Shown: piece by piece, positions 30,517 to 42,222 of the stretch
Layout: every line of letters begins with the position of its first letter
Numbering within the stretch: position 1 is the first letter of the stretch
Assembly: GCA_965243135.1 (NCBI GenBank)
Contig: OZ251539.1
Location: 2,624,001 to 2,688,000, forward strand
From: Alphaproteobacteria bacterium
GTDB lineage: Bacteria; Pseudomonadota; Alphaproteobacteria; MPNO01; UBA830
DNA length: 64,000 bases
Direction: 5' to 3'
Notes under the pieces: generated by a model
The model's input: only the letters and a program-made list of their open reading frames with translations
What the model was told of the DNA's origin: nothing
Database searches by the model: none
Position numbers and translations under genes: made by a program

Positions 30517-32082
30517 TTACGGCGCCGCGGGAAAGCGCACGACGAATCGCGCGCCCATGCGCCGCCCGCCCGCGTCGTGGAGATTTTCGGCATGAATGCC
30601 GCCGCCGTGCGCTTCGACGATCTGGCGGGAAATGCTGAGGCCCAGGCCCGAGTGGCGACCGAAGCTCTCCCCTTCCGGGCGCTCCGAATAGAAGCGTTCG
30701 AAAATCGAATCCAGACTTTCCGGCGGTATCCCGCTCCCCTGGTCCTCAACCAGCACCGTCACGCCGTCCCGTTCGCGACGGACCGACAGCGAAATTACGC
30801 CGTCCGGCGGCGAGAACGAACGGGCGTTCGCGATCAAGTTCTGGAAGACCTGCACCAGCCTGACCTCCACCCCCATCACCGTGCAGGCGCCCTTCCCGCG
30901 ATAAACCAGCTCCTGCCCGTCATCCGGCCCTTCGGCGGCGCGCAGGGCCTGAATCAGACCCGGCAGCACGCGATCGAGGTCGACCGGCCTCATCCGGCTG
31001 AACGCCAGTTCCGCATCGAGCCGCGAGGCGTCGGAAATATCCGTGATCAGCCTGTCGAGCCGTCCGATATCGTCTTCGATGATGCCCATCAGCGTCGCCC
31101 GCTGCTTCGGGTCGCGCACCCGGGAAATGGTTTCCACGGCGCTTCGCAACGACGTCAACGGATTCTTGATCTCGTGCGCCACGTCGGCCGCGAACCGCTC
31201 GTTGGCGACCATCCGCTGCCACAAGGCGTCCGTCATCTCGCGTAGGGCGGCCGAAAGCTCGCCGATCTCGTCGCGGCGGCGGGTGAAATCAGGGATGGCC
31301 TCGGCCTGCGCCTGTCCCCGGCGCACCGCGTCGGCGGCCGAGGCCAGCCGGCGCACGGGCCGCGCTATGGCTCCGGCGAGATACAGCGACAACAACACCG
31401 TCACTCCCAGCGCCACGACGAACGCCTGCAGAATGTCGAAGCGCGCGTCGCGAACCGCGGCGTCGATCTCGCCGGTTTCGGCCGTGACAAGCACCGCTCC
31501 GAGCACCTGCTTGAACCGCTGCACCGGCGCAGCCGCTCCCAGTCGATGCGCGTCTTCGGGCAGCGACCACCTGCCTGTCTTCACGTCGCCGTCCAGCGCC
31601 CCTTCGACCGCCGGCAGAAGCTCCAGGCGTCCGTCGTCGGGAAAGGTCGGGTGGGGTCGGCGATCGGGGATCAAGGCCACCAGCGCGTCGTACAGATCCT
31701 CGAGCAGATGCGAAGGAAAATCGCCCTCCGAGGTCAGGACTTCGACCTGAACCGCGCCGCCTTCGAGGAAACGACTGTCCGCGACGACGGCGCCCGTCGC
31801 GTCGAAAACCCTGGCGCGGGTCCGGGTCGGCGACACCAGGCGACGCAGCATCGGACGAGCGATGTCGGGCAGGATGAATTGCGCGTCGTCGACGCCGGTG
31901 CCGATCGCGCCTTCGCCGAGCGCTCCCGCGAAAATTTCCGCCTGAATCTCGAGACCCGTCAGCTCGGCTTCGACCAGACCTTCCCGATAATCGTCGAGGT
32001 AGAGTATTCCCGCCACGAGCACGGCCAGCGGCAACATGTTCACGGTAAGTATGCGCCGCGTCAGCGGAGAGAAGCCGACCAT
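30517..32082 (-). CDS. chvG: Sensor histidine kinase ChvG/ExoS
   Basis: SPLTRRIL, YLDDYREGL, HAMP, HEIKNPLTS and RHSGLGLSIS. Confidence 0.9.
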   Translation of the reverse strand: MVGFSPLTRRILTVNMLPLAVLVAGILYLDDYREGLVEAELTGLEIQAEIFAGALGEGAIGTGVDDAQFILPDIARPMLRRLVSPTRTRARVFDATGAVVADSRFLEGGAVQVEVLTSEGDFPSHLLEDLYDALVALIPDRRPHPTFPDDGRLELLPAVEGALDGDVKTGRWSLPEDAHRLGAAAPVQRFKQVLGAVLVTAETGEIDAAVRDARFDILQAFVVALGVTVLLSLYLAGAIARPVRRLASAADAVRRGQAQAEAIPDFTRRRDEIGELSAALREMTDALWQRMVANERFAADVAHEIKNPLTSLRSAVETISRVRDPKQRATLMGIIEDDIGRLDRLITDISDASRLDAELAFSRMRPVDLDRVLPGLIQALRAAEGPDDGQELVYRGKGACTVMGVEVRLVQVFQNLIANARSFSPPDGVISLSVRRERDGVTVLVEDQGSGIPPESLDSIFERFYSERPEGESFGRHSGLGLSISRQIVEAHGGGIHAENLHDAGGRRMGARFVVRFPAAP

Positions 32083-32099
32083 CGTCCGACGCCCGCCCG

Positions 32100-32837
32100 T
32101 CAGGACTCGCGGTAGCGGTATCCGATACCGTACAGGGTTTCGATCTCGCGAAAGCCGCCGTCGACCGCGCGAAACTTCTTGCGCAGCCGCTTGATGTGAC
32201 TGTCGATCGTGCGGTCGTCCACGTAGACGGATTCGCCGTAGGCGGCGTCCATGAGCTGGTTCCGGGACTTGACGTGCCCCGGGCGCTGGACCAGTTCCTT
32301 GAGAAGCAAAAACTCCGTGACCGTGAGGTTGACGGGCTTCCCCTTCCATCTGCAGGTATGCCGGTCGAGGTCGAGCCGCAGCTCGCCCCGCTCGATGGGA
32401 GGGGTCGAAGCTTCCCCCTGGAACCGGCGGTGCCGGCGCAGCACCGTGCGGATCCGCTCGATCAGCAGGCGTTGCGAGAACGGCTTTCTGACGTAGTCGT
32501 CCGCCCCCATGCGCAACCCGATAATCTCGTCCACCTCGTCGTCCCTGGACGTGAGAAAGATGACCGGCAAATCGGTTCGCCGACGCAGCCGGTTCAGCAG
32601 TTCCATTCCGTCCATGCGCGGCATCTTGATGTCGAGCACCGCGAGATCGAGCGGGCGGGCGGACAGGTCCCGCAACGCGGATTCGCCGTCGACATAAGTC
32701 CTGACGACGAATCCTTCGGCCTCCAGCATCATCGAGACGGACGTCAGGATGTTCCTGTCGTCGTCGACCAGCGCAACGACCGGCTTTTTTCCCGACGCGC
32801 TCGCGGCGCGGCGCGGCGCGGCGGCCGCGCCGGTCAC
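32100..32837 (-). CDS. chvI: Response regulator ChvI
   Basis: [21 protein letters not shown] and [16 protein letters not shown]. Confidence 0.93.
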   Translation of the reverse strand: MTGAAAAPRRAASASGKKPVVALVDDDRNILTSVSMMLEAEGFVVRTYVDGESALRDLSARPLDLAVLDIKMPRMDGMELLNRLRRRTDLPVIFLTSRDDEVDEIIGLRMGADDYVRKPFSQRLLIERIRTVLRRHRRFQGEASTPPIERGELRLDLDRHTCRWKGKPVNLTVTEFLLLKELVQRPGHVKSRNQLMDAAYGESVYVDDRTIDSHIKRLRKKFRAVDGGFREIETLYGIGYRYRES

Positions 32838-33446
32838 GAGAGTCTGCCTCCGCGGCAGCGAGAAACGCAGAACGGAGCGGTCACCGCATCGCCCTTCCTG
32901 CCCGGGTCCGGGAACGTCCCGTGGCTGCGGGCAGTTTGAAACGCGACCTCGCCGAACGCAAGCCGCGACGCGCCCGGCTTTTTCGACGGCGCGCTTGCCG
33001 CATGCGTTCGGCGAAGGAAAAGTCCGGCGCGCCCAGCCGTCCGTCCGGTCGCCCGTTCGAAAGACGACCGGGGAGGTCCAGGCGCAACGGTCGATTGTTG
33101 CGCAACTAACCCCGATCTATCGGCCATACAAAACCGTTCCGCGAGATTTTTTCGCGGCGGCGCTTGCCAGGAGCGCGACGCCGAGGGCTGCCCCGTCTGT
33201 CTTCGCGCCGCGACGCCCGAACGCGGAACGGTTATGTCGGCGAGCGGCGCGAGGCCGGGTGAACCATACCCAGAGTTACATGCTACGGGGCGAGCAGGCG
33301 CCGATCATGAGAGTTTGGTTGATCGCGCCCGGCCAGCCCTCGCGAAATCCCGGACGCCGACGGTTGACGAATCGGCCCGCGGATGCAACATCTTCGCCGC
33401 CGCGCTCCAGGCGCGGCCCACGTCTCCCCGAATGGAAAATCGACAT

Positions 33447-35993
33447 ATGGACGTCGTCGTCGTCGAATCGCCCGCCAAGGCCAAGACAATCAACAAATAT
33501 CTCGGATCCGACTACAGAGTCCTGGCCAGCTACGGCCATGTCCGCGATCTGCCGTCCAAGGAGGGATCGGTCCAGCCCGACGAAAATTTCCGGATGACAT
33601 GGTCGGTCGACCACGGTTCGGAAAAGCACCTCAAGGCGATCGCCCAGGCCGCCAGGAATGCCGACCGCCTGTATCTCGCCACCGACCCGGACAGGGAGGG
33701 CGAGGCCATCTCGTGGCACGTGCGCGAGATTCTGGCCGAACGCGACGCCCTGAAGCGCGTCGAGGTGAAGCGGGTCGTATTCCATGAAATCACCAAAGGC
33801 GCCGTCGTCAACGCGATCGCCAATCCGCGCGAATTGAACGACGCGCTGATCGACGCCTATCTGGCGCGCCGCGCACTGGACTATCTCGTCGGATTCGGCC
33901 TGTCGCCGGTGCTCTGGCGCAAGCTGCCTGGGTCCCGTTCGGCCGGCCGGGTGCAGTCGGTCGCGCTGAGGCTGATCTGCGAGCGGGAGGCGGAGATCGA
34001 GATCTTCAAGCCGCGGGAATACTGGACGATCGAAGCGATCTTTTCGACCGCGTCCGGACGCGAGATCGCCGCCCGCCTGGTCGCATTGGACGGAAAGAAA
34101 CTCGATCGTTACGGAATGGAGAACGAAGAGGCCGCGCGCGCCGCCGTCGCGGAGATCGAACGCCGCGAATACGCCGTGCGCTCGGTCGAACGCAAGACCG
34201 TCAAGCGCAGGCCGGCGCCGCCGTTCACGACTTCCACGCTGCAGCAAGAGGCGTCGCGCAAGCTCGGATTCGGCGCGACGCGAACGATGCGAACCGCCCA
34301 GAAACTCTACGAAGGCGTGGACATCGGCGGCGAAACCGCCGGCCTGATAACCTACATGCGCACCGACAGCGTCAATCTGGCGGCGGAAGCGATCAAGGCC
34401 GTCCGCGACGCGATCAAAAGGGATTTCGGGCGCGATTACCTCCCCGCGGAGCGCGTGTTCCACCGCAACCGCGCGAAAAACGCGCAGGAAGCGCACGAGG
34501 CGATCCGGCCAACCTCCTTTTCGCGCAAGCCGGCCGACCTCGCCGGCCTTCTGTCCAAGGACGAACGCGCGCTTTACGAACTGATCTGGAAACGCGCCGT
34601 CGCGAGCCAGATGGAAAGCGCGGCGCTGGAGCAGGTCGCCGTCGATTTCGCGTCGCCCGACGGAATGGTCGCGCTGCGGGCCACCGGCGCGGTCGTCAAG
34701 TTCGACGGTTTCATGAGGCTTTACCAGGAAGGCCGCGACGAGCGAAGCGACGACGAGGACAGCGACGCGCAGCGCGTCCTGCCGCCGGTGTCGGAGGGCG
34801 AAACGGTGACGCGCGGCGCGGTGAAGCCGGAACGGCATTTCACCAAGCCGCCGCCGCGCTACACGGAAGCGAGCCTCGTCAAGAAACTCGAGGAACTCGG
34901 CATCGGACGCCCGTCGACCTACGCCACCATCCTCCAGGTTCTGCAGGACAGGAACTACGTTACCCTCGAAAAGCGCAGGTTCTCGCCCGACGATCTCGGG
35001 CGGATGGTGACCGCCTTCCTGACCGAATACTTCCTGCGATACGTCGAGTACGACTTCACCGCCGATCTCGAAAACAGCCTCGACGACGTCTCCAACGGCG
35101 ACAAGGAATGGCGGACGCTGCTCCGCGAATTCTGGACAGCTTTTTCCGAAGCCGTCGGAAAAACCCAGGAGTTGCGCATCAGCGAAGTCATCGAACGGCT
35201 CGACGGCGAGCTCGGCCCGCATTTCTTTCCGGCCGGAGATGACGGGCGCGACCCGCGGCGCTGCCCGGCCTGCGGCGAAGGCCGGCTCGGGCTGAAGCCG
35301 AGCCGCGGCGGCGGCTTCATCGGATGTTCCCGCTATCCGGATTGCCAATACACGACGGAGCTCCGAGTTCAGACCGGAGACGCCTCGTTCACGGGCGCGC
35401 GGGATCTCGGCCGGGATCCGAAAACCGGACTTCCCGTCACCCTGCGCAAGGGCCCGTACGGCTTCTACGTGCAGCTCGGAGAGGCGGAGAAGGGCAAGGA
35501 CAAGCCCCGGCGCGTCTCCCTGAAGCAGGATATGGCTCCCGAGGATCTCGATCTCGAGACCGCGCTGTCGCTGCTCAGCCTGCCCCGCGAGATCGGCCCG
35601 CACCCCGAGACCAAGGACACGATTCTGGCGGGGATCGGCCCTTACGGCCCCTATCTCAAGACAGGAAACCGTTACGTTTCCCTTGCCGCGGGCGACGACG
35701 TGCTGACGATCGGCCTGAACCGCGCGGTAACGGTGATCGCCGAAGCGCAGCAAAAAACCTCGAAACGGGGGAAGACGATCGGAATTCACGACGGACGACC
35801 CGTGGAATTGCTTGACGGCCGTTACGGCCCGTACGTCAAGCATGGACGGACCAACGCTTCGCTTCCGCGGGACGCGGACCCGGACTCCCTGTCTCTCGAA
35901 CAGGCGCTCGAGCTTCTCGCGGCGCGCAAGGCGAGGACCGGCGCAAAAGGGAAAACCCGAAGGACCGCCAAAAAGGCGCGGGGCAAAGCCTGA
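33447..35993 (+). CDS. topA: DNA topoisomerase I
   Basis: VESPAKAKTI, ATDPDREGE, SAGRVQS, ITYMRTDS and C-terminal GPYG repeats. Confidence 0.98.
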   Translation: MDVVVVESPAKAKTINKYLGSDYRVLASYGHVRDLPSKEGSVQPDENFRMTWSVDHGSEKHLKAIAQAARNADRLYLATDPDREGEAISWHVREILAERDALKRVEVKRVVFHEITKGAVVNAIANPRELNDALIDAYLARRALDYLVGFGLSPVLWRKLPGSRSAGRVQSVALRLICEREAEIEIFKPREYWTIEAIFSTASGREIAARLVALDGKKLDRYGMENEEAARAAVAEIERREYAVRSVERKTVKRRPAPPFTTSTLQQEASRKLGFGATRTMRTAQKLYEGVDIGGETAGLITYMRTDSVNLAAEAIKAVRDAIKRDFGRDYLPAERVFHRNRAKNAQEAHEAIRPTSFSRKPADLAGLLSKDERALYELIWKRAVASQMESAALEQVAVDFASPDGMVALRATGAVVKFDGFMRLYQEGRDERSDDEDSDAQRVLPPVSEGETVTRGAVKPERHFTKPPPRYTEASLVKKLEELGIGRPSTYATILQVLQDRNYVTLEKRRFSPDDLGRMVTAFLTEYFLRYVEYDFTADLENSLDDVSNGDKEWRTLLREFWTAFSEAVGKTQELRISEVIERLDGELGPHFFPAGDDGRDPRRCPACGEGRLGLKPSRGGGFIGCSRYPDCQYTTELRVQTGDASFTGARDLGRDPKTGLPVTLRKGPYGFYVQLGEAEKGKDKPRRVSLKQDMAPEDLDLETALSLLSLPREIGPHPETKDTILAGIGPYGPYLKTGNRYVSLAAGDDVLTIGLNRAVTVIAEAQQKTSKRGKTIGIHDGRPVELLDGRYGPYVKHGRTNASLPRDADPDSLSLEQALELLAARKARTGAKGKTRRTAKKARGKA

Positions 35994-36002
35994 TCGGGCC
36001 GC

Positions 36003-38108
36003 ATGCTGCCGACACGGAACCAGCTTCTGGAATTCGTCCGAAGCGCGGACGGAGAGCCCGGAAGCCGCGAAATCGCGCGCGCCTTCGACGCAAGAGGCGC
36101 GGAACGGGAACGGCTGTACGACATGTTGCGGGAATTGCGACGCGACGGCGAGCTCGAGCCGCGCGCCCAACTGCCGCCGGTCGCCGTCGTCGAGATCGCG
36201 AGGATCGACAGCGACGGAGAGCCGGTCGTCCGGGTGGCGAACAAGGAGAACTCCGCCATCCGCTTCGCGGCGGACGGACCGGCCCCGGGCGTCGGAGACC
36301 GTCTTCTCGTCCGGCTTTCGCGGACGGCGGACGGTTCGTATACGGCGAGAACGATCAAGAGGCTCGAAAGGGCGCCGCGAGACATTCTGGGCGTTCTCGA
36401 AATCGTCGACGGCCGCAAGCGGATCGTCCCGACGGACCGGCGAGCGAAGGCGGGGAAGCCGATCGTTGCGGATTCCGACGTTTCCCCGGGATCCCTCGTC
36501 GTCGCCAGGACCGGACGGGACGGTCGCGCGCGAGTCGTCGAGACCGTCGGCAAGCGGGCGCGACCGAGCGCGATCGCGCTTCGCGCCCGCGACATCCCGA
36601 CGGAATTTTCCCGCGAAGCCCTCGTCGAGGCGTCGAAAGCGAAGCCGCCGCCGCCGGAAGGACGGACGGACCTTCGACAGGCGCCGCTGGTCACGATCGA
36701 CGGCGAGGACGCGCGCGATTTCGACGACGCGGTGTGGGCGGAGCCGTCGCCGGACGGCGGCTGGCATCTGCTCGTCGCGATCGCCGACGTCGCCTGGTAC
36801 GCGCGTCCAGATTCCCCCCTCGACCGGTGCGCCCGCGAACGGGGCAATTCCGTCTACTTTCCGGACCTCGTGGTGCCGATGCTGCCGAAGGAATTGTCCG
36901 ACGGGCTGTGTTCCCTGGTTCCGGGCGAGGATCGCGGCTGCCTCGCGGTTCGCCTGCGGATCGACGCCGAAGGAAATCCGCTGCGCCACGAGTTCGTCCG
37001 GGGGATCATGCGATCGGCGCGCCGCCTGACCTACGAGGAGGTCGAGGCGGCGCGCCGCGGCTCCGGACCGTTGGCGGATCTTGTCGCGCCGCTATACGGC
37101 GCCTTCGAAGCGCTCCTCGCGGCCCGCAAAAGGCGGGGCGCGATCGACCTCGATCTTCCCGAACGCCGCGTCCTGCTCGATTCCGACGGCAATGTCGCGG
37201 CGATAGCGTCCGCCGCAAGGCTCGACAGCCATCGCCTCGTCGAAGAGTTCATGATCGCCGCGAACGTCGCCGCCGCCCGAACCCTGGATCGCGCGCCGTG
37301 CATGTACAGGGTTCACGACCGGCCGGCGGCGGGAAAGATCGAGGAACTGCGCGAGATTCTCCGCCATGTCGGAATCAGGCTGGAGCGCTCTCCCCGGTCC
37401 GGGAACCTCCAGCGGGTCGTCGAACGCGCCGCGGGCGCGCCCGAAGCCGACATGATCAATCTCTGCGTTCTCCGCGCGCAAGCCCAGGCGGAATATTCGC
37501 CGGGCAACATCGGGCATTTCGGGTTGGCGCTCGAACGATACGCTCATTTCACGTCGCCCATCCGCCGTTACGCGGATCTGCTGGTTCATCGCTCCCTCAT
37601 CGCCGCGGAAGGTTTGGGCGAAGGCGGTTCAAGGCCGAAGGACAGCGCCGCCTTCGCCGCGCTCGGGCGTCACCTGTCCATGACCGAACGGAGGGCCGCG
37701 GAGGCCGAACGCGAGGCGTTGGACAGGCATGCGACGATCCATCTGGCGGATCGCGTCGGCGCGGAGTTCGCGGCCCGCATAGCCGGCGTCCACAGGGCGG
37801 GATTGTTCGTGACGCTCGACGAGACCGGCGCGAGCGGTTTCGTGCCGATGTCCGCGCTCGGCGACGAGCGTTTCGACTTCGACCGCCTGCGTCTGACGGG
37901 GCGCGTCTCCGGCGCCGTCTACGCGATCGGAAATCCCGTCACGGCGCGGCTCGACGAGGCGAACGTCCACACGGGATCGCTGACGTTCTCGATCCGCGAC
38001 GGCGGGTTTCGGACCGACGCCGCGTTCCGCGGCCCCCGGCGTCCGCAACGCGCCGCCAAGCGCAAGAAGGGCGGGCGCCGCAAGAACGGAGGGCGGCGCG
38101 CGCCGTAA
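36003..38108 (+). CDS. rnr: Ribonuclease R
   Basis: TIDGEDARDFDDA, HFTSPIRRYADL and S1 domain with basic tail. Confidence 0.93.
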   Translation: MLPTRNQLLEFVRSADGEPGSREIARAFDARGAERERLYDMLRELRRDGELEPRAQLPPVAVVEIARIDSDGEPVVRVANKENSAIRFAADGPAPGVGDRLLVRLSRTADGSYTARTIKRLERAPRDILGVLEIVDGRKRIVPTDRRAKAGKPIVADSDVSPGSLVVARTGRDGRARVVETVGKRARPSAIALRARDIPTEFSREALVEASKAKPPPPEGRTDLRQAPLVTIDGEDARDFDDAVWAEPSPDGGWHLLVAIADVAWYARPDSPLDRCARERGNSVYFPDLVVPMLPKELSDGLCSLVPGEDRGCLAVRLRIDAEGNPLRHEFVRGIMRSARRLTYEEVEAARRGSGPLADLVAPLYGAFEALLAARKRRGAIDLDLPERRVLLDSDGNVAAIASAARLDSHRLVEEFMIAANVAAARTLDRAPCMYRVHDRPAAGKIEELREILRHVGIRLERSPRSGNLQRVVERAAGAPEADMINLCVLRAQAQAEYSPGNIGHFGLALERYAHFTSPIRRYADLLVHRSLIAAEGLGEGGSRPKDSAAFAALGRHLSMTERRAAEAEREALDRHATIHLADRVGAEFAARIAGVHRAGLFVTLDETGASGFVPMSALGDERFDFDRLRLTGRVSGAVYAIGNPVTARLDEANVHTGSLTFSIRDGGFRTDAAFRGPRRPQRAAKRKKGGRRKNGGRRAP

Positions 38109-38253
38109 CGGCGTCGACCGCGGCGCCCGAGCGGCCGGCAACCGAGAAGACGCCCTCTAACGCCTCCGAAGCGCAACGCACGGAGAAATGTCTTGACCCA
38201 ACCGGTTCGCGAGGGCAGTTTGCCGGAAACGACAGACATTCGGGACGACTCCC

Positions 38254-38421
38254 ATGGCCAAGGCGAACACCATCCTCGTGAAGCTCGTGAGCAGCGCCGA
38301 CACGGGATACTTCTACGTTGCGAAGAAAAACGCGAGAACCCAAACGGAAAAACTGGAGTTCCGCAAATACGATCCGGTCGCCCGCAAGCACGTGATCTTC
38401 AAGGAATCCAAGATCAAATAG
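38254..38421 (+). CDS. rpmG: 50S ribosomal protein L33 (55 aa, absent from the ORF track)
   Basis: [62 protein letters not shown]17-CAGTTT upstream at 38193-38221. Confidence 0.97.
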   Translation: MAKANTILVKLVSSADTGYFYVAKKNARTQTEKLEFRKYDPVARKHVIFKESKIK

Positions 38422-39295
38422 CGCCGCAAGAATCCCGGCGAGCGTCGGACGCCGCATCGAACAGCAGCGCGCGCGGCCGTCCGGCCAGGTCGCGGCGCAT
38501 TTTGCGCGCCTCCAAGCCTGCGCCGGCAAATATCGCCGTAACGGACGCGGCTTGGGCCGGACCGATTTCCACCACGCAGAAACCGTCCGCGCTCAGCTGC
38601 CGCCCGACCTCCGGCGCGATGGCGCGATAGGCTTCGAGGCCGTCGGCGCCGCCGTCGATGGCAACGCGGGGATCGTGATCGCGCACTTCCAGCGCCAGGT
38701 TCTCGATCTCGTCAGACGGCACGTAGGGGGGATTGGAGACCACGACGTCGAACCGCGACGCGATATGCCGGGTCCAGTCGCCCGCGACGAACAGCGCGCG
38801 CGACGAAACTCCGATCGCTTCCGCGTTGATTGCCGCGACGCGGCACGCCTCGCGATCGATATCCGTCCCGATCCCGCAGGCGCCCGGCAGCGCATGCAGC
38901 AAGGAAAGCAGCAGGCATCCGCTGCCGGTCCCGAGGTCGAGAACGCGGAGGGGACGCGCGGGGTCCACGATCCGCTCGAGCGCCGCCTCCACCACCGCTT
39001 CGCTGTCGGGCCTCGGATCGAGCGTCGCCGGACCGATCCGGAACGGCAGGCTTCGGAACTCCCGCTCCCCCAAGATCCGCGCCACGGGCTCCCTCCGGGC
39101 GCGCCGCGCCACTGCCTCCCGGAATCGCCGCAAGGCGGCCGGCGGCAGCGGCGCTTCGGGTTCGCGCAGCATCTCTTCCCGGCTCAGATTCGCGGCAGCC
39201 GAAGCCAAGGCGCGCACGTCCGTCGCGGCTCCCGGAATCCCCGCGAGGGCAAGATCCTTCGAAGCGCGCCGCAGCGCCGCCGCCAGCGTGGTCAC
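38414..39295 (-). CDS. prmC: Release factor glutamine methyltransferase
   Basis: [16 protein letters not shown] and SNPPY. Follows prfA. Confidence 0.95.
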   Translation of the reverse strand: MTTLAAALRRASKDLALAGIPGAATDVRALASAAANLSREEMLREPEAPLPPAALRRFREAVARRARREPVARILGEREFRSLPFRIGPATLDPRPDSEAVVEAALERIVDPARPLRVLDLGTGSGCLLLSLLHALPGACGIGTDIDREACRVAAINAEAIGVSSRALFVAGDWTRHIASRFDVVVSNPPYVPSDEIENLALEVRDHDPRVAIDGGADGLEAYRAIAPEVGRQLSADGFCVVEIGPAQAASVTAIFAGAGLEARKMRRDLAGRPRALLFDAASDARRDSCGAI

Positions 39296-40362
39296 GAAGC
39301 TTCCGCGAGGCGGCGAGCCTGATCTTCGGATGCGAGCGCATCGATGATTTCGTCGAGCGCCTCTCCCTCCAAAACGCGCTCCAGCTTGTGCAGCGTCAGA
39401 TTGATTCGGTGATCCGATACGCGGCCCTGGGGAAAATTATAGGTTCTGATTCGTTCTGACCGGTCGCCGGAGCCGATCTGGCCCCGCCGATCCGCCGCCC
39501 GCTCGGCCGCCAATGCCGCCCTCTCGGCGTCGTACAGCCGCGCCCGGAGAATCTTGAGAGCCTTGGACCGGTTCTTGTGCTGGGATTTCTCGTCCTGCTG
39601 CGAAACGACGATGCCGGTCGGCAGGTGCGTTATGCGAACCGCGCTGTCGGTCGTGTTGACGTGCTGGCCGCCGGCGCCCTGCGAACGAAAAGTGTCGACC
39701 CGCAAATCCTTTTCGTCGATACGGACGTCGACCTCCTCCGCCTCGGGCAAGACGGCAACCGTCGCCGCCGACGTATGTATCCGGCCCGACGATTCCGTTT
39801 CCGGCACGCGCTGGACGCGATGAACGCCGGATTCGAACTTCAGCCGCGAGAAGGCTCCCTTGCCGGCCACCTCCGCGACCGCTTCCTTCAGTCCGCCAAT
39901 GGCGGTTTCGGACGCATGCAGAAGATTGAAGTTCCAGTCATGGCGTTCGGCGTAGCGTTGATACATGCGGAGCAGATTCATCGCGAACAGCGCGGCCTCG
40001 TCGCCGCCGGTACCCGCCCGCACCTCCAGAATGGCGCTTTTCTCGTCCGCCGCGTCGCGCGGAAGCAGCATGACGCCGAGCTTTTTCTCGATCTCGGGAA
40101 CGCGAGCGGCCAAATCGCGAAACTCTTCTTCCGCGAGCGCCTTCACGTCGTCGTCGCCGTCGGGATCCGTCATCAGCGCGGCAAGATCGCCCGCCTCGCT
40201 CTCGGCCGCGCGCAGTTCCTCGATGCAGGCCACGATAGGCGCCAGCTCGGCGAATTCCTTGGACATCCGCACGAAGTCCGCGGCGTCCGCGCAATTCGAC
40301 ATCAGCGACGACAAGTCGCGATGGCGTTCCAGAATCTGATCGAGACGCCGGTCGAAGCTCAC
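39292..40362 (-). CDS. prfA: Peptide chain release factor 1
   Basis: [20 protein letters not shown] and RTYNFPQ. Confidence 0.98.
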   Translation of the reverse strand: MSFDRRLDQILERHRDLSSLMSNCADAADFVRMSKEFAELAPIVACIEELRAAESEAGDLAALMTDPDGDDDVKALAEEEFRDLAARVPEIEKKLGVMLLPRDAADEKSAILEVRAGTGGDEAALFAMNLLRMYQRYAERHDWNFNLLHASETAIGGLKEAVAEVAGKGAFSRLKFESGVHRVQRVPETESSGRIHTSAATVAVLPEAEEVDVRIDEKDLRVDTFRSQGAGGQHVNTTDSAVRITHLPTGIVVSQQDEKSQHKNRSKALKILRARLYDAERAALAAERAADRRGQIGSGDRSERIRTYNFPQGRVSDHRINLTLHKLERVLEGEALDEIIDALASEDQARRLAEAS

Positions 40363-40603
40363 GCTTCACCCCCTCCGCGACATCCGTCGGCCCAGGAAAT
40401 CCGCCCCGAGGCGGGCAGCCCGGATCCGGCGGCTTTCGAAGCTTCGGAGCAGCGCCGCCCATTGCGTCCCGGGCCGAGAGCGAAAGGCGGCCTACGTTCC
40501 GAAGGACTTCCGCGAGTTCGAACATGGAAGCGTCGACGCTAACCGACAAAACGTCTTTCGTCCATCCGCCCGCTCGGCGCCCCGCTCCGGCAGCCCGTCC
40601 ACC

Positions 40604-40654
40604 CGCGCCTGCGGCGAAATTCCTGGCGGAAACGGCGTCCGCCCCCGACGAAGC
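40604..40654 (-). repeat. Dispersed repeat downstream of ATPase-nuclease copy A
   Basis: GCTTCGTCGGGGGCGGACGCCGTTTCCGCCAGGAATTTCGCCGCAGGCGCG, related to 52229-52290 and 53971-54031. Confidence 0.75.
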
Positions 40655-42222
40655 GCAGGTCCTGCCCGCGTCGCGGACAGCGTTCCCTCGCGGAGGCGGC
40701 CGTCGAAATGACCGGACGGGAAGCCGTTCAGGCGGTCTCGCACCCGACGACGTTGCGCTCCTCGCGGCTGAACTCCACCCCGATCAGGTGGACCGAACGC
40801 CCGAGACGGCGGTACTTGTCCGCATAGCCCTTCTCCCGCAGCTGCGCGATCGCGGTCCCCTCCCGCCCGCGCTCCACCACCTTGAACTCGAACAGGTAAA
40901 CGCGCCCGCCGACGCGGATCGCCATGTCGGCGCGCCCCCGGCTGCCGCTGTCCTCGGCCACCGGCTCGAGGCCCTCCATCAAGAAGCAGCTGTGGATGAC
41001 GCTCGCGTAGTGGGCCTCGTACCGCGCGACGGGGCTGTTCGCGTACCACTGGTGCGGGATGGCGGCGAAGACGCCGCGGAACAGGGCCTCGATGCGCTCG
41101 AAGTCGTTCGCTTCCAGCAGTTCGCCCAGCCGCAGGTTCTCCGCCTTCCCGCGGGCCTCGACCGGGAGCAGTTCTTCCAGCAGGGCCTCGCCCAGACTCT
41201 GGCGCACCTCGAGGTTCGGGTAGCCCAGCCTGTAGCGCCCGTCCTCCTCGCCGACGATGGGTAGAGTCGAGGACTGGCGCGTTAGTTTTAGGGTCCGGTG
41301 GATGTTCCGTCGCTTTCGCTCCGGGCCTCAGTCCGGCTCCCTTGACCACGTTTCCAGTCCCCGCTCGTCAAACCGGACGTGCGGATTTCCCGCGCTTCGG
41401 TCGAGATCATGCCTTCGCCCACGGAAAGCTCTTCGTTCGCGGTGTAAGGCGGGTAAGACCTATTTCGTATAGGTATTTGTCTGGAAAGCGCACATACTTT
41501 CCTTTACGCACCTTGTGCTTGCGACAGAGCCATTGGCGCAGCCGACGGGTTGCGTGTCGATCGACGGCGGCATAAGCGGGACTAACTTGCCCCAGTGCGA
41601 AATAGTTTCCCCGTTATTACCCTGTTGAGGCGTTTTACCATCTCGTCCGGTTCGAGTTGTCCGTTCTTTCGCGCCGTCATTTCACTGTTGGCTTATGCTC
41701 TGGACGCTTGCCGGGTTTGGGCGCGTTCCAATGTAGGATCGTCCCGTGTTCCGTCGGTAGTTGCGTCCAATTCGGTACCCTAGGTATTCTAGTGGTTTCT
41801 CGGGTACCTGTATGCCTTCTCCGCGTTTATCGGCAGTTTCAGCCTTTCCATGAGTGCTTCGACTGCCGCCAGCATCTTGCTGGCCGGCGCTTTGCCGAGC
41901 ACTACGCTGTCCAGTTGACGATCTTCGCGCAGAAGTTTCGAGCGTAGCCCAGTACCTTCCAGCCCAGAATGAAACGGCGCATGGTTGCTGAGTAATGGGG
42001 AGATCGGCGCTCCTTGCGGAGTGCCTTTCCTTTCCCTGCGCGCCCGGTTCGTGCGGCGTTTGCCGCCTTTGCCGTCGTCCTCTTCCACTGCCATTTCCAG
42101 CCATGCCTTGACCCAGCCCAGCATTCGTCCATCGCTTACGCGACGGGCGACGGACTTCATCAGTTCCGCATGAGGGATTTGTCCGAAGTAGTCGGACAGG
42201 TCCGCGTCCACTACCTCGTGGT

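Noticed and set aside
38414-38421. Convergent 8-bp overlap of rpmG and prmC 3' ends
   Set aside because: A common feature of compact high-GC genomes, with no evidence of special function.
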